64,000 nt of DNA from Planctomycetota bacterium. Its GTDB lineage: Bacteria > Planctomycetota > PLA2 > JAEUHO01. Under the pieces are notes generated by a model. It ran no database searches and was not told the origin of the DNA. It was given only the letters and a program-made list of their open reading frames with translations. The DNA lies in NCBI GenBank assembly GCA_965223505.1, contig CBDCWP010000034.1, forward strand, positions 64,001 to 128,000, in the 5' to 3' direction. Positions 8,999 through 19,614 of this stretch are shown here, one piece after another; the stretch's first letter is position 1, and every line of letters starts with the position of its first letter. Position numbers and translations under genes: made by a program.

Positions 8999-11385
8999 CG
9001 GGACGGCGAAGAGGACTGCGCGGCTCGCTTCGTTCCGCGACCGGGCGCGTCGTCCGGCGCATCGTCGAGTCGCAGTCGCGGGCGAGCCTCATCAAGGCGC
9101 GCGGTGCGATGTCCGTGCCCGGAGTGACGGCGCCCGTCGACATTCGCTTCGACGAACACGACGTGCCGCACATCGACGCGCAGAGCGACGCCGACGCGTT
9201 TCGGGCGCTCGGCGTCTGCCACGCGCTCAACCGCTTCTTCCAGATGGACATCCTGCGGCGCGTGCTTCGCGGCCGGCTCGCGGAGACCATCGGCGATCGC
9301 AAGCTCGGACCGATGGCGATGCCGCCGTTCGACCGCGACCGCACCGCGTCCGACGCGGACTACTTCATGCGCGCGCTGGACCTGGTGCCGTCGGCGCGCC
9401 GGGTCTGGGAGGCGGGCGACGCCGAAGGCCGCCACCTCCTGTGCGCCTACGTCGAGGGCGTGAACGCCGCTGTTCCGCTGCTGCGTCGTCGCCGGCCGCT
9501 CGAGCACCGCGCGATGAACATCCCCATCCGGCCGTGGACGCCGATCGACTCGATCCTCCTCGCGAAGGGCATGGCGTTCGGGCTGTCGTTCAAGTGGCGC
9601 ATCACGCCCGTCTTCGCGGAGATCGCCGACCGGCTGAACGCCAAGCCGGAGCATCTCGATCACATCCTGCCCAAGACGCCGCACGCACAGTCGTTCGCCA
9701 TGACGCGGCTGGTGGAGGGCGGCGTCCGCAACGCGTTGACGTTCGCGCCCTTCGGTGCGCCGGCCAACGGCAGCAACGCGTTCCTGGTCGGCGCCGGCCG
9801 GTCGTCGAGCGGACTGCCGCTGCTCGCGGGCGACCCGCACCTCGAGCTCTCGCTGCCGTCGATCTGGTACCTCGCGTCGCTTCGCGGCAGCCGCTACGGC
9901 GCGGTCGGCGCCACGTTGCCGGGCCTGCCGGGCGTCGTGCTCGGACGCACCCGCGGCATGGCGTGGGCGCTCACCAACGGCATGATCGACGACTCCGACA
10001 TGTGGACCGAGGAGCTCGACAGCGGCGGCACACGCTATCGCGTGGACGGCGCGTGGCGGCCGCTGCGCGTCGAGACGCAGGAGATCAAACGCAAGGGCCG
10101 CGCGCCGCGCATCGTTCGATTGCGCTACACGCATCGCGGGCCCCTGTTCACCGACGCGTTTCCCGGATTCACCGGGCCGCCGCTCTCGATGCGCATGACG
10201 TTGCACGAGCCGGCCGACGACATGCAGTCGTTCCTGCGCCTCGGGCGTTCGCAGACCGTGGCGGACGCGCTCGCCGCCGTGTCGAGCTTCGGTTCGCCGG
10301 CGCAGAACCTGCTGACCGCGGACACGCAAGGCAATGCCGCGTTTCGCCTCATGGGCAAGGTGCCGATGCGCGCCAAGCATCGGCATCCGGCACTGCCGCG
10401 CGACGGGACGACGAGCGAAACGGACTGGCGCGGCTTCATCGCCGAGCCGGATCTGCCGGCCACGAGCGTCGCGCCGAACGAGACGTTCATCTCCGCCAAC
10501 AATCCGCAGGTCGACCACACGTATCCGCACTATCTCAGCCACCACTACGAGCCCGACTACCGCGCGGAGCGCATCGCGCAGCTGCTGAACGGCCGCGAGC
10601 TGAGCGCCGCGGACCTCTGCGCTGCGCAGATGGACGCGAAGAATCTCTGCGCATCGCGCTTTCGCCGGATCGTGCTGGTTCCCCACGCCGAGGCGGTGCG
10701 CAGCATGCGGCCGACGGTGGCCCCGTTGCTCGACCGGTTGATGGCGTGGGACGGGGATGAGCGCAGGAGCGCGCCCGGCGCCGCGCCGTGGCACCTCGTC
10801 TATCACCATCTCGCGCGCCGCACGTTCACACCGCTGCTCGGCGCCGACATCACGCCGCACTGGATGAGCTTGATCAACCTGCTCGACGAGCCGCTGCTCG
10901 ACGCGTTTTCGGACGACGACAACCCCTGGGCGCCGCCCGCCGTTCGCGCGACGCTGCTTTGCGAAGCGCTCGACGATGCGGTCAAGGACATGGAGTCGCG
11001 CGGGCTCACGCTCGACAGCCCCTGGGGCGCGATGCACACGCTCACGTTGCGGCACCCGGCGGGACAAGGGCCGCTGGCGACCGCGTTCAACCGCGGACCG
11101 TTCGCCGTGGACGGCGGCCCGTTCAGCGTCTGCTCCGGGCAGTACCTGCACGCGCGGCCGGGACCGGTCGCCGCCGGCGCGTCGTATCGTCAGGTGGTGG
11201 ATCTCGCGCGTCCCGAGGAAGGCCGCATGATCACGTTCGGCGGCCAGTCGGGGTACGTCGGCTCACGTCACTACGACGACCTGACGCCGCGCTGGCTGGC
11301 CAACGACGGCCTGCCCATGCGACTCGAGACCGAGCTCGACGCCGCGCAGCGTCTGATCCTGACTCCCGGCGCCGCGGGACGGTAG
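8983..11385 (+). CDS. Penicillin acylase family Ntn-hydrolase (peptidase S45)
   Basis: DEHDVPHIDA, RFFQMD, GSNAF (catalytic Ser), LLAGDPHL, SANN, GGQSG. Confidence 0.92.
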   Translation: MAQRVAGRRRGLRGSLRSATGRVVRRIVESQSRASLIKARGAMSVPGVTAPVDIRFDEHDVPHIDAQSDADAFRALGVCHALNRFFQMDILRRVLRGRLAETIGDRKLGPMAMPPFDRDRTASDADYFMRALDLVPSARRVWEAGDAEGRHLLCAYVEGVNAAVPLLRRRRPLEHRAMNIPIRPWTPIDSILLAKGMAFGLSFKWRITPVFAEIADRLNAKPEHLDHILPKTPHAQSFAMTRLVEGGVRNALTFAPFGAPANGSNAFLVGAGRSSSGLPLLAGDPHLELSLPSIWYLASLRGSRYGAVGATLPGLPGVVLGRTRGMAWALTNGMIDDSDMWTEELDSGGTRYRVDGAWRPLRVETQEIKRKGRAPRIVRLRYTHRGPLFTDAFPGFTGPPLSMRMTLHEPADDMQSFLRLGRSQTVADALAAVSSFGSPAQNLLTADTQGNAAFRLMGKVPMRAKHRHPALPRDGTTSETDWRGFIAEPDLPATSVAPNETFISANNPQVDHTYPHYLSHHYEPDYRAERIAQLLNGRELSAADLCAAQMDAKNLCASRFRRIVLVPHAEAVRSMRPTVAPLLDRLMAWDGDERRSAPGAAPWHLVYHHLARRTFTPLLGADITPHWMSLINLLDEPLLDAFSDDDNPWAPPAVRATLLCEALDDAVKDMESRGLTLDSPWGAMHTLTLRHPAGQGPLATAFNRGPFAVDGGPFSVCSGQYLHARPGPVAAGASYRQVVDLARPEEGRMITFGGQSGYVGSRHYDDLTPRWLANDGLPMRLETELDAAQRLILTPGAAGR

Positions 11386-11450
11386 GTACGTCATCGCCAG
11401 CAGGAACCACAGCCACACGATCCACGCGAGGACGTTGTAGACGAGGCGCG

Positions 11451-11702
11451 CTACTCGCTTGACGAGACTGCTTCCTGTCCGGGCAGCGAGACCTTGATCC
11501 AGCGCTCGGTGTTGGGCGCCTTCTCGTCGATCTGGATCAGCTTGTAGCGAACGAGCCGCGCGACGGCCTGGCGCACGTCGGCCAGATGCCGTCCGGTGCG
11601 GCTGCAGACCCGCGTGAGGTCGAGCCAACCTTCGGACTCGTCCTGGGTGGAGACGATCGTGCGCAGCGTGGCGTCTTCCAGAGCGGTCAGGGCGTTTCGC
11701 AT
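11451..11702 (-). CDS. Small hypothetical protein, possibly winged-helix
   Basis: 83-aa ORF with typical codon usage filling an intergenic gap; TACCCT -10-like hexamer 8 bp before the ATG. Confidence 0.55.
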   Translation of the reverse strand: MRNALTALEDATLRTIVSTQDESEGWLDLTRVCSRTGRHLADVRQAVARLVRYKLIQIDEKAPNTERWIKVSLPGQEAVSSSE

Positions 11703-11735
11703 GGCGGCCGAGGGTACCCGAGCCCGGCGCAGGGG

Positions 11736-12794
11736 CTAAGCGACGGTCGTTGGGTCTGTGTGCGTGATCGTCAGGCCGCTCTCGCTGAGCAACAGGGGCA
11801 TCGCCAGGCAGTCGCCGGGCAGCGCGCCCGCCAGGTACGCGTCCACCGCCGTTGCGCGCTCGTCGTCCGGCAGCAGCACCAGCACGCAGCCGCCGCCGCC
11901 GGCGCCCAGGATCTTGGTTCCGAGCGCACCTCGCTCGCGCACGGCCGCGTCGAGCGACTCGATGGTGGGGGTGGTGACGCCGGGCGCCATGCGCCGGCGA
12001 ATGCCGCCGTCGGTGAGCACCCCCGCCAACGCCTCGTCCAACCGCGCGGCGCGCAGGTGCGAGCGGACCACGCGCGCGTTTTCGGCGATCTCGTGGAGCG
12101 CCTCGACCGTCTCGGCCTCGCCTTCGAGGTACGCGCGCACCGTGCCCCAGTTCGTCATGCCGGAGTGATGCGGCTCGCCGGTGTAGACGAGGCGCAGGCG
12201 TCGTTCGAGCGTCGCGAGATCGACCGGCAGGGGCTCGACCTCGATGCCGCCCAGGCCGCCTTCGAGCGCGAGACATCCGCCGTAGAGAGGGGGGTAGTAG
12301 TCCTGGTAGCCGGTCGGCGTCTTGAGCAGCGCCGTCTCGATGTCCTGTCCGAGCGCGCGCAGCGCCTCGCGGTCCCTGGGTGCGCCCTTCGCCTCGAACA
12401 AGGCGCCGAGCACCGCGCCCAAGAGCGCCGACGATCCGCCCAGCCCCGCGCCGGCCGGACTCGTCGCGCGCGTTCGAAGGGTCAACCCGCCGTCGGGCGC
12501 GGCGGCGCTGACGGCGAGCGCGAGCAATGCGAGCGGTCCCGCGTCGGCCAATCCGGCGCGAAGCGCGTCGAGGTCGTCGTAGCGCCTGCGCGCGTCGAGG
12601 TCGTCGCTGACGAGCTCGATGGCGCGGTCGTCCCTTAGCACGACGTCCGCGCGCGCGGGGACGTCGAGCGCCGCGTTCACCGTCACCCCCGGACGCGGCA
12701 GCGCCAGGTGCAGGGGCCAGATGTCCAAGGTCCCCCCGGCGAGGTCGATCCGGACGGGTACGGTCGCGCGGACGGCTTTCATGCGGTCGATCAT
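11736..12794 (-). CDS. GHMP family sugar kinase (HddA/heptose-7-phosphate kinase-like)
   Basis: PVRIDLAGGTLD, PAGAGLGGSS, TGYQDY, KILGAGGGG. Confidence 0.88.
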   Translation of the reverse strand: MIDRMKAVRATVPVRIDLAGGTLDIWPLHLALPRPGVTVNAALDVPARADVVLRDDRAIELVSDDLDARRRYDDLDALRAGLADAGPLALLALAVSAAAPDGGLTLRTRATSPAGAGLGGSSALLGAVLGALFEAKGAPRDREALRALGQDIETALLKTPTGYQDYYPPLYGGCLALEGGLGGIEVEPLPVDLATLERRLRLVYTGEPHHSGMTNWGTVRAYLEGEAETVEALHEIAENARVVRSHLRAARLDEALAGVLTDGGIRRRMAPGVTTPTIESLDAAVRERGALGTKILGAGGGGCVLVLLPDDERATAVDAYLAGALPGDCLAMPLLLSESGLTITHTDPTTVA

Positions 12795-12904
12795 CCCAGA
12801 ATCGGACGACTGTCGTTGCCCGTAAGTCTTTCAGCGGGGGAATGGTCACCTACCATTGCGCCTCGGCTCGGGGAAAGCCGAACACCTAGGTAGGGAACGC
12901 GCCT

Positions 12905-13651
12905 ATGAAGCCGGTCATCGGGATGAGCTGCTCGACGCTCGTACTCACGGGGATGCGCGGCGTGCCGCGCCACGCGCTGTCCGAGATGTACGTCGCGTGC
13001 GTCAACGACGCCGGCGGCCTGCCGTTCATGCTGCCGAACGTGGCACCCGACTACGCCGCCGCGTACCTGTCGCGCATCGACGGGCTGCTGATGAGCGGCG
13101 GTCTGGACGTCGACCCGATGTTCTACGACCAGGAGCCGCGGCGCGAGATGGGCAAGATGGATCGCGTCCGGGACATCTTCGAGCTCGCGCTGATGCGCGG
13201 CGCCATCGAGGCCGGCATCCCGATCCTGGCGATCTGCCGCGGCATCCAGGTGCTCAACGTCGCCTGCGGCGGCACACTGATCCAGGACATCCCGTCGCAG
13301 GTCGAAGGCGCCATCAAGCACGAGCAGGATGCGCTGCGCCAGGACGCGGTCGGGCACGCCGTCGACATCGAGGCCGGTTCCAAGCTCGCCGAGATCGTCG
13401 GTAACACGCGCGTGCGCGTGAACTCGTTCCATCATCAGGCGGTGGACCGTGTGGCCGAGGGGTTCGTGGTCACCGCGCGCACCGCCGACGGCGTCATCGA
13501 GGGCATCGAGGATCCGAAGCACCCGTACTGCGTGGGCGTGCAGTGGCACCCCGAGCGCCTTCCGGCCGAGACCTCGACGCAGAACCTGTTCTCGAGCTTC
13601 GTCGAGGCGGCTCGCGCCGCCGCGCAGGCGGGCACCCGCTCCGACGGCTAA
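12905..13651 (+). CDS. Gamma-glutamyl-gamma-aminobutyrate hydrolase family (peptidase C26, PuuD-like)
   Basis: GG.DVDP, AICRGIQVLNVA.GG, VNSFHHQAV, GVQWHPE. Confidence 0.92.
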   Translation: MKPVIGMSCSTLVLTGMRGVPRHALSEMYVACVNDAGGLPFMLPNVAPDYAAAYLSRIDGLLMSGGLDVDPMFYDQEPRREMGKMDRVRDIFELALMRGAIEAGIPILAICRGIQVLNVACGGTLIQDIPSQVEGAIKHEQDALRQDAVGHAVDIEAGSKLAEIVGNTRVRVNSFHHQAVDRVAEGFVVTARTADGVIEGIEDPKHPYCVGVQWHPERLPAETSTQNLFSSFVEAARAAAQAGTRSDG

Positions 13652-13868
13652 CGACGGGCGTACACGCCGCGGCACATCCGGCAGGGCCCTGCGTCCCCGG
13701 CGGCCCGAACGTCGATGAAGAGGGCGTCGACCTCGTCGTAGGTCGGGCCCCGAATCCGGGCCAGAATGAACGGCCGGCCCAAACGACCGGTTTCCGGGGA
13801 AATTCGGAGTTTCGAGCCTTGGGATTGCGTCGAACGACGGGGTGTTCGGAAGGGAAAGACCTGCTGCC

Positions 13869-15401
13869 ATGACACGTCGCTTCCAGCTCGCTGTCGCCGT
13901 CTCCGCCGTGCTCGTCGTCGGCGTGGTCCTGATCGCGCTGGCCACCGGCGTCTTCGACGGTCCTGTCGCGTCCGGTCCCGACCTGGTCGCGGAGCGCGAC
14001 GGCCCCGACGGCGCAGGCACCGGCGCCGCGCAGCTCGAAGGCAGCGGGACGGCGGACGGCGATCCCGAGACCGGGCCCCATCTTCCGCGCGGCGCGACCG
14101 GCAGAGGTGCGCTGCGCCCCGGCATGCGCGATCCGCACGGGCTCGACCTGAGCGATCCGCAGCAGGCAGCGGACTACCTGAGCGAGCTCCTCTCGACCGA
14201 GCCGCTCAACTGGAAGGAGATCAACCGCGTGCTCGGCGTCATGACCGAGCCGCTGAGCGACGCGTCGCGCGCGATCCTGCTGCAGCAGCTGCTGCACGGC
14301 CAGCGCAACCAGGCCGTCCAGGCGTTCGGCAAGCTGCAGGACGGCAGCCTCACCGAGGACCTGCTGGCGGCATTCGACGATCCGGCGAACCGCGTCGCTC
14401 GTGGCGCGATCCTACATGCGCTCGCGACCATGCCCGGCGCCGATCCGGGGACCGTCGCGAAGGAGCTCGAAGCGCGTCTGACCGACGACATCGCGCACGA
14501 CCGCGTCCTACTCCAGTGGATCGGTGCCCGCGGCGGCGAAGAGGCCGCGCGCGTGATCGTGGAGTACATGGCGCGCACCGACCAGCCCGGCGCCCTACGC
14601 GGCAGCCTGCTGCGCATGCTCGACCTCAAGGGCGATCCGGCGGCGGCCGCCGTCGTGCTCCAGGCGCTGAAGGACTCGACGTCGCCGCAGGTGACGTCGC
14701 AGCTGCTCGACATGGTCGCGCAGGCGGGCGCGACCGGGTTCACGAAGGAGATCATCGCGCTCGATGCGGACGGTCAGTCCGACGCGATCCGTCGTCAGGC
14801 GCTCGACGCGCTCGCGCGCATCGGCGGCAAGGAAGCAATCGATCATCTCCTGGCCAAGGCGGAAGCGCCGGGAACGTACGGCGAAGCGGCGGTGAGCTCG
14901 ATCCGGCTCATCGCGAGCGCCGATCTCGAGGGGCGGGCGGCGCTGGTCGACGCGCTCAAGCGCGCCGGCATGATGTCGCGGCCCGACGAGACGAAGGAGA
15001 ACCTGCTGCTCGCCCTCGGACGGCTCAAGGAGAAGAGCGCGATTCCGCTCATCGTCAAGAGCCTGGACGACGGCAACGAGCGGGTGCGGATCGCCGCGGT
15101 CCGCGGCCTCGGCAAGATGAAGGACGCCTCGCGCGAGCACGTCGAGTCGATCGTCGAGCAGTACGCGAACGGCAGTCCGAGCATGAAGATGACGGCCGCC
15201 ATCGCCCTGGGCGACATCGGCGGCAAGGACGCCATCAGCGCCATGGACCAGATGCTGAGCGAAGAGGGCATCTCGCGCTCCCTGACCCGGACCCTGAACG
15301 CGGCGCTGCGCTTCGCGCGCGAGCGCGAGGCCGCCGGCCCCAGCCCGGCCCCGGCCGGCCCGGGACTTGGGGAACGGCGGGAGTCCGATCAGGGCAGGTA
15401 G
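13869..15401 (+). CDS. Membrane-anchored HEAT-repeat protein
   Basis: N-terminal hydrophobic helix; repeats such as IRRQALDALARIGG, VRIAAVRGLGKM, AAIALGDIGG. Confidence 0.8.
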   Translation: MTRRFQLAVAVSAVLVVGVVLIALATGVFDGPVASGPDLVAERDGPDGAGTGAAQLEGSGTADGDPETGPHLPRGATGRGALRPGMRDPHGLDLSDPQQAADYLSELLSTEPLNWKEINRVLGVMTEPLSDASRAILLQQLLHGQRNQAVQAFGKLQDGSLTEDLLAAFDDPANRVARGAILHALATMPGADPGTVAKELEARLTDDIAHDRVLLQWIGARGGEEAARVIVEYMARTDQPGALRGSLLRMLDLKGDPAAAAVVLQALKDSTSPQVTSQLLDMVAQAGATGFTKEIIALDADGQSDAIRRQALDALARIGGKEAIDHLLAKAEAPGTYGEAAVSSIRLIASADLEGRAALVDALKRAGMMSRPDETKENLLLALGRLKEKSAIPLIVKSLDDGNERVRIAAVRGLGKMKDASREHVESIVEQYANGSPSMKMTAAIALGDIGGKDAISAMDQMLSEEGISRSLTRTLNAALRFAREREAAGPSPAPAGPGLGERRESDQGR

Positions 15402-15442
15402 ACTTCAAACGCCGGACATCCGACGTTTCCAAGTGCGGTCCC

Positions 15443-16726
15443 ATGCCTCGTAGCCCCCTCGTCCTCCTGCTGCTCGCGTGCCTGGCCGCGTGCCTCTGCG
15501 CGCCTTCGCCGGTCCACGCCGACGTCGGCGGCGACGTCGTCACCAACCTCAAGAAGGCGTTTCGCAAGGGCACGCCGGTCGAGCAGCGGATCAAGGCGGT
15601 CAACGACGTGGGCGCGCTGCGCGGCCACCTGAACAAGCGCCAGAAGAACGAGGCCTACCGCACGATTCGCAAGCAGTTCAAGAAGGGGGAGGAAAGCGCG
15701 GTCCGGCGCGTGATGGTCAAGGCGTTGGCGCGATTGGGGCTCGAGAACGCGCTCATCGAGGTGATCAAGGCCTCGAAGAAGGACCCCGACGCCGAGGTGC
15801 GCAAGGCCGCGCGCATGGCGATCCTCGCCGGGCGAACGGTGTTCCTCGACACGTTGAAGCTGCTGTACGAGCAGGACGAGAACGCCGCGTTTCGCGCGGA
15901 GCTGATGTTGCTGTTGCGCGACCGGCGCAAGCCGGACGCGGTGCCGTTCCTGCTGTCCGCCTTCGACGACAAGGAGCCGATGGTCGCCGCCGCCGTCGCC
16001 GAGGCGCTGGAGGCGATCAGCGGCGAGGCGCACGGTTACGACGCGGCGGCCTGGAAGGCGTGGCACGCCCGGTGGCTGAAGGAGCGTCCCGCGTCCGTCG
16101 GCAACGGCGGCACGGTGGCGCCGGACGAAGGACCGGTCGAAGAGCCGCCGCCCCACGTGACGCGCTCCCTGCATCCGTCGTTCTACGGACTGAAGATCAC
16201 GTCGAAGAACGTCGTGTTCGTCGTCGACATCTCGGGCTCCGTCGGGTCCGGCGGCGTCGATCGAGCGAAGCGTGAGCTCGTGAAGGCCGTGGAGTTGCTC
16301 GGGTCGGACGTGCACGTCGGCGCCGTGTTCTTCTCCGAGAAGGTCGAGCTTTGGAGCGAGGGCCGGATGGTGCCGGCGTCGCCCGACAACAAGGAGAAGC
16401 TCGGCCTGTACCTGCGCGGGCTCGTCGCCGGACGCAAGACCGACGTCTACTCGGCGTTCAACGCCGGCTTGACCATCGTGCAGAAGCGTGTGGACGAGAA
16501 GAAGGAGAAGGGGGAGACGCTGCGCGAGCCCGTCACGCTCATCGCCGTGAGCGACGGCCAGGACAACATGGCGAAGATCCCGATCGACCGGATCGAGGAG
16601 AAGCTCGACCGTCTCGACCTCGAGAACAGTGTCGTGCACGCGGTGGTGCTCGGCGGCAAGCACAGCCGGCTCATGTACCTGTTTGCGAAGTACGGAGGCG
16701 GCCACCACGTCGTGGTCCCGCAGTAG
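15443..16726 (+). CDS. Secreted HEAT-repeat + vWA domain protein
   Basis: Signal peptide (MPRSPLVLLLLACLAA...VHA), HEAT repeats, MIDAS VVDISGS, AVSDG. Confidence 0.82.
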   Translation: MPRSPLVLLLLACLAACLCAPSPVHADVGGDVVTNLKKAFRKGTPVEQRIKAVNDVGALRGHLNKRQKNEAYRTIRKQFKKGEESAVRRVMVKALARLGLENALIEVIKASKKDPDAEVRKAARMAILAGRTVFLDTLKLLYEQDENAAFRAELMLLLRDRRKPDAVPFLLSAFDDKEPMVAAAVAEALEAISGEAHGYDAAAWKAWHARWLKERPASVGNGGTVAPDEGPVEEPPPHVTRSLHPSFYGLKITSKNVVFVVDISGSVGSGGVDRAKRELVKAVELLGSDVHVGAVFFSEKVELWSEGRMVPASPDNKEKLGLYLRGLVAGRKTDVYSAFNAGLTIVQKRVDEKKEKGETLREPVTLIAVSDGQDNMAKIPIDRIEEKLDRLDLENSVVHAVVLGGKHSRLMYLFAKYGGGHHVVVPQ

Positions 16727-16730
16727 AACG

Positions 16731-17636
16731 CTACTTCTGCTTCAGGGCTTCCCGCAGCTTCGGATGCGTGGACGGACTGTCCGCGAGCTCGTTGATCGAT
16801 TGCGGGCGCCCGACGGCGAGACGCGCGTTGGCGGCGGCGACACGAATGTGCAGCGGCCGCGTCGGATCGAGGATCACCTGATCGAGCACCGTGAGCACGA
16901 CCGGGCCGCCGCGGTCCGGAAACGTCGACAGGAAGTCGATCGCGGCCGGCGCGGCCCAGTTGTCGCTCAGTCCCTCGCCGCGAGCGACGAGGATGAGGTT
17001 CACGATCGAACCCGAGCTGGCGTCGCCCGCGTCGGGCGCGAGCCACGACGCCGCTTCCAGCACCTCGCGCCGGAACAACCCGCTCTTCGCCATCGGCGCG
17101 ATCTGCTCGAAGACGAGCGCGCGCACGGCTTCGCGCTTGTCCTCCGGCGTCGCGTCGACGACCGCGGGAAGGTCACGTAGCGCGGCATAGACTTGTGCGA
17201 TCTCGTTGGGGTTGCGCCCGCGAAGCGCGGCGATGTTGAGCTGAAGCCGACGGGAGATGTCGACCGGCAGTCCCTGGGGGTAGGTGGGCTCCGTTGCGGG
17301 CTCCGGCATGGCGGACGAACCGGTCATGCCGGTGACGGCACCGCCGGCGCCCAGCCCCGCATCGGGCCCGGGTAGGGGGTTGACGGTGCCGGGCTCGGCG
17401 CCGTTCGTCTTCTTGGGCTCGTCGCCCTCGTTCGCCTTGCGGACGGCCTTCTCGGCCGGCCCTTCGCCCAGGAGCGACTGAATGAGCGCGAACATGACGA
17501 CGACGCCCAGCAGGAGCAGGACGAGCCCTTTGCCCTTGGGCGGCGGGGGCGTACTCCGGGAGATCGCTTCGACCCGGTTCGCCAGGTTGCTGCCGCTTCC
17601 CCGCGGTGCGGGGTCGCGATCTTGGAAGGATGACAT
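16731..17636 (-). CDS. Hypothetical single-TM protein
   Basis: RBS-preceded ATG; TM segment GLVLLLLGVVVMFALI; helical C-terminal part. Confidence 0.7.
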   Translation of the reverse strand: MSSFQDRDPAPRGSGSNLANRVEAISRSTPPPPKGKGLVLLLLGVVVMFALIQSLLGEGPAEKAVRKANEGDEPKKTNGAEPGTVNPLPGPDAGLGAGGAVTGMTGSSAMPEPATEPTYPQGLPVDISRRLQLNIAALRGRNPNEIAQVYAALRDLPAVVDATPEDKREAVRALVFEQIAPMAKSGLFRREVLEAASWLAPDAGDASSGSIVNLILVARGEGLSDNWAAPAAIDFLSTFPDRGGPVVLTVLDQVILDPTRPLHIRVAAANARLAVGRPQSINELADSPSTHPKLREALKQK

Positions 17637-17689
17637 CGTTGCTTCCTCTCCGGGTCGGAGGGGCGATTCAATCGTACAGTACGACGGCG

Positions 17690-18835
17690 ATGGAATTCCA
17701 AATCGAGACCGCCGGAGAGAGCCACGGCGCCGTGTTGACGGCGATTTGCCATGGAATTCCGGCCGGATCACCCGTGGACGAGGCCTTCGTGAACGCCCGG
17801 CTGGCGGCGCGCCAGAAGGGTCACGGCAGCAGCCGGCGCCAGGAGATCGAGCAGGATCGGGTCGTGTTCCACTCGGGTGTGCGTGACGGCAAGGCGACGG
17901 GCAACCCGATCGCTCTGCAGGTCGCCAACAAGGACGAGACCTACAAGGACCTGCCCGCGGCCAACGAGCCGCGTCCCGGCCACGCCGATCTGGCGGGCGC
18001 GCTCAACCGGGGCGTCGACGACGCGCGGGACGTGATCGAGCGGGCGTCGGCGCGGGAGACCGCGGTGCGCGTGGCGGCGGGGGCCGTGGCGGCGCAGATG
18101 CTCGACGCGCTCGGCATTCGGGTGTTCGGCCACACGGCGTCGATCGGCGGCGTCGATTGCTGGGGCGATCCGGGCGCCGATCTCGAGGACGCGCGCGCAC
18201 GCCGCGCGGCGTCGCCGCATCACGCCTTGGGTCCCGACGAGGCGCAAGCGGCCGTGACGACGGCGATCGACGAAGCACGCGAAGCCGGGGACACGTTGGG
18301 CGGGGTGGTGGAGGTCGTCGCGGTGGGGGTGCCGGCGGGATTGGGCGGACACGAGCGTCCGGAGACGAAGCTGAGCACGGGTCTGGCGGCGGCCGTGATG
18401 GGCATTCAGGCCGTGAAGGGTGTGGAGATCGGGCTCGGGTTCCGCGGCGCGTCGATGCGCGGGTCGGAGGTTCACGATGCCATCCTGCCGTCGGCGGACG
18501 GGCCGGTGCGCGACGGGAACAACGCAGGCGGGATCGAAGGCGGCATGAGCAACGGGCAGCCGATCATGGTGCGCGCCGCGATGAAGCCGTTGGCGACGTT
18601 GCGCAACCGACTGCCGAGCGTGGATCTGCGCACCGGCGAGGCTGCGCCGGCGCGCTTCGAGCGCAGCGACACGACGGCGGTGTCGCGGCTGGCGATCGTG
18701 GCGGAGGCGGCGGTGGCGGCGGAGCTGACACGCCACGTGCGGCGCCGGTTCGGTGGGGCGCACATCGACGAGGTGGTGGCGGCGATGCAGCGTCATCGCG
18801 AGCGCATGGCGGCGCTGTTTGCCGACGCGGAGTGA
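17690..18835 (+). CDS. aroC: Chorismate synthase
   Basis: TAGESHG, PRPGHAD, ERASARETA, GGIEGGMSNG, RAAMKP, ERSD. Confidence 0.96.
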   Translation: MEFQIETAGESHGAVLTAICHGIPAGSPVDEAFVNARLAARQKGHGSSRRQEIEQDRVVFHSGVRDGKATGNPIALQVANKDETYKDLPAANEPRPGHADLAGALNRGVDDARDVIERASARETAVRVAAGAVAAQMLDALGIRVFGHTASIGGVDCWGDPGADLEDARARRAASPHHALGPDEAQAAVTTAIDEAREAGDTLGGVVEVVAVGVPAGLGGHERPETKLSTGLAAAVMGIQAVKGVEIGLGFRGASMRGSEVHDAILPSADGPVRDGNNAGGIEGGMSNGQPIMVRAAMKPLATLRNRLPSVDLRTGEAAPARFERSDTTAVSRLAIVAEAAVAAELTRHVRRRFGGAHIDEVVAAMQRHRERMAALFADAE

Positions 18836-18866
18836 TGCTGTTGGTATCTTGCGCGCCGCGACGGAT

Positions 18867-18941
18867 GCCGGTGTAGCTCAGTGGTAGAGCGGCACTTTTG
18901 TAAAGTGCGGGTCGTCAGTTCGATCCTGACCACCGGCTCCA
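18867..18941 (+). tRNA. tRNA-Thr(TGT)
   Basis: GCCGGTG acceptor stem, TAGCTCAGTGGTAGAGC D-arm, anticodon arm GCACT-TT-TGT-AA-AGTGC, GTTCGAT T-loop, encoded CCA. Confidence 0.96.
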
Positions 18942-18950
18942 TTTCCCGCG

Positions 18951-19226
18951 TCAGCGTCGGCTGAACAGCGCGATCGGCACGCCGAGCACGAGGACCCACG
19001 TGCCGGGGTCCAGGACGGCGGGCGCGAAGACCCAGAGACCGAGCGGTTCGGGTCCCACGAACCACGCGGCCAGTGCGAAGACGATCGACCAGAGTGGCAC
19101 GCACGAGTAGCCGCCGCCCTCGTCCTTCGGTCTGCGGAACGCCTGGACGACGCCCAGGATGTTCATGAGCGCGCCGTACGACGCGACGGCGACCAGAAGG
19201 ATGCAGATCACGCTGCTCATGTTCAT
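18951..19226 (-). CDS. Small hypothetical membrane protein
   Basis: ~91 aa with three hydrophobic segments; RBS-like GAGG upstream. Confidence 0.6.
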   Translation of the reverse strand: MNMSSVICILLVAVASYGALMNILGVVQAFRRPKDEGGGYSCVPLWSIVFALAAWFVGPEPLGLWVFAPAVLDPGTWVLVLGVPIALFSRR

Positions 19227-19240
19227 GGGACGACGCCTCG

Positions 19241-19468
19241 CTAGTCGATCGTGTCGCCCTTGCGGTCGCACTTCGTGCCGCACTCGGTGCACGTCCAGCC
19301 ACCGCGCAGCATCTGCGACCAGCTGTCGGGCTTGCGCAGCTTGGGGAGCTTGTGGGAGCACTGCGGACAGACGCGGCTGGGTGCGAGCATGGCGAGGACG
19401 ACGACGCTGAGACCGCCGGCGAGGGCGCCCCAGAGCATCGCCTCTCCGAACCCACCGACGACGAGCAT
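19241..19468 (-). CDS. Small membrane-anchored Zn-ribbon protein
   Basis: AAGGAG RBS; TM segment followed by CPQC...CTECG. Confidence 0.65.
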   Translation of the reverse strand: MLVVGGFGEAMLWGALAGGLSVVVLAMLAPSRVCPQCSHKLPKLRKPDSWSQMLRGGWTCTECGTKCDRKGDTID

Positions 19469-19614
19469 GTGCGTCTCCTTGCGTGTCGTACAAAGCGTAC
19501 GTCGGGTGTCCGGGACTTGGCAGCCCCTGCTATGCCGATGAACCTTGACATCCGCTCCGAGTGGGGGTTTCTAGGCCCCTCGCGCCGCCGGGCGCGCCGA
19601 TCTCTGACACGCGT

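Noticed and set aside
13766..15442. N-terminal extension of the 986-aa ORF 13766..16726 (likewise the extensions of 46350..48644, 4990..7131 and 44675..46366)
   Set aside because: The extensions overlap bona fide genes in other frames; the real starts are downstream, supported by signal peptides, gene coupling or domain boundaries.
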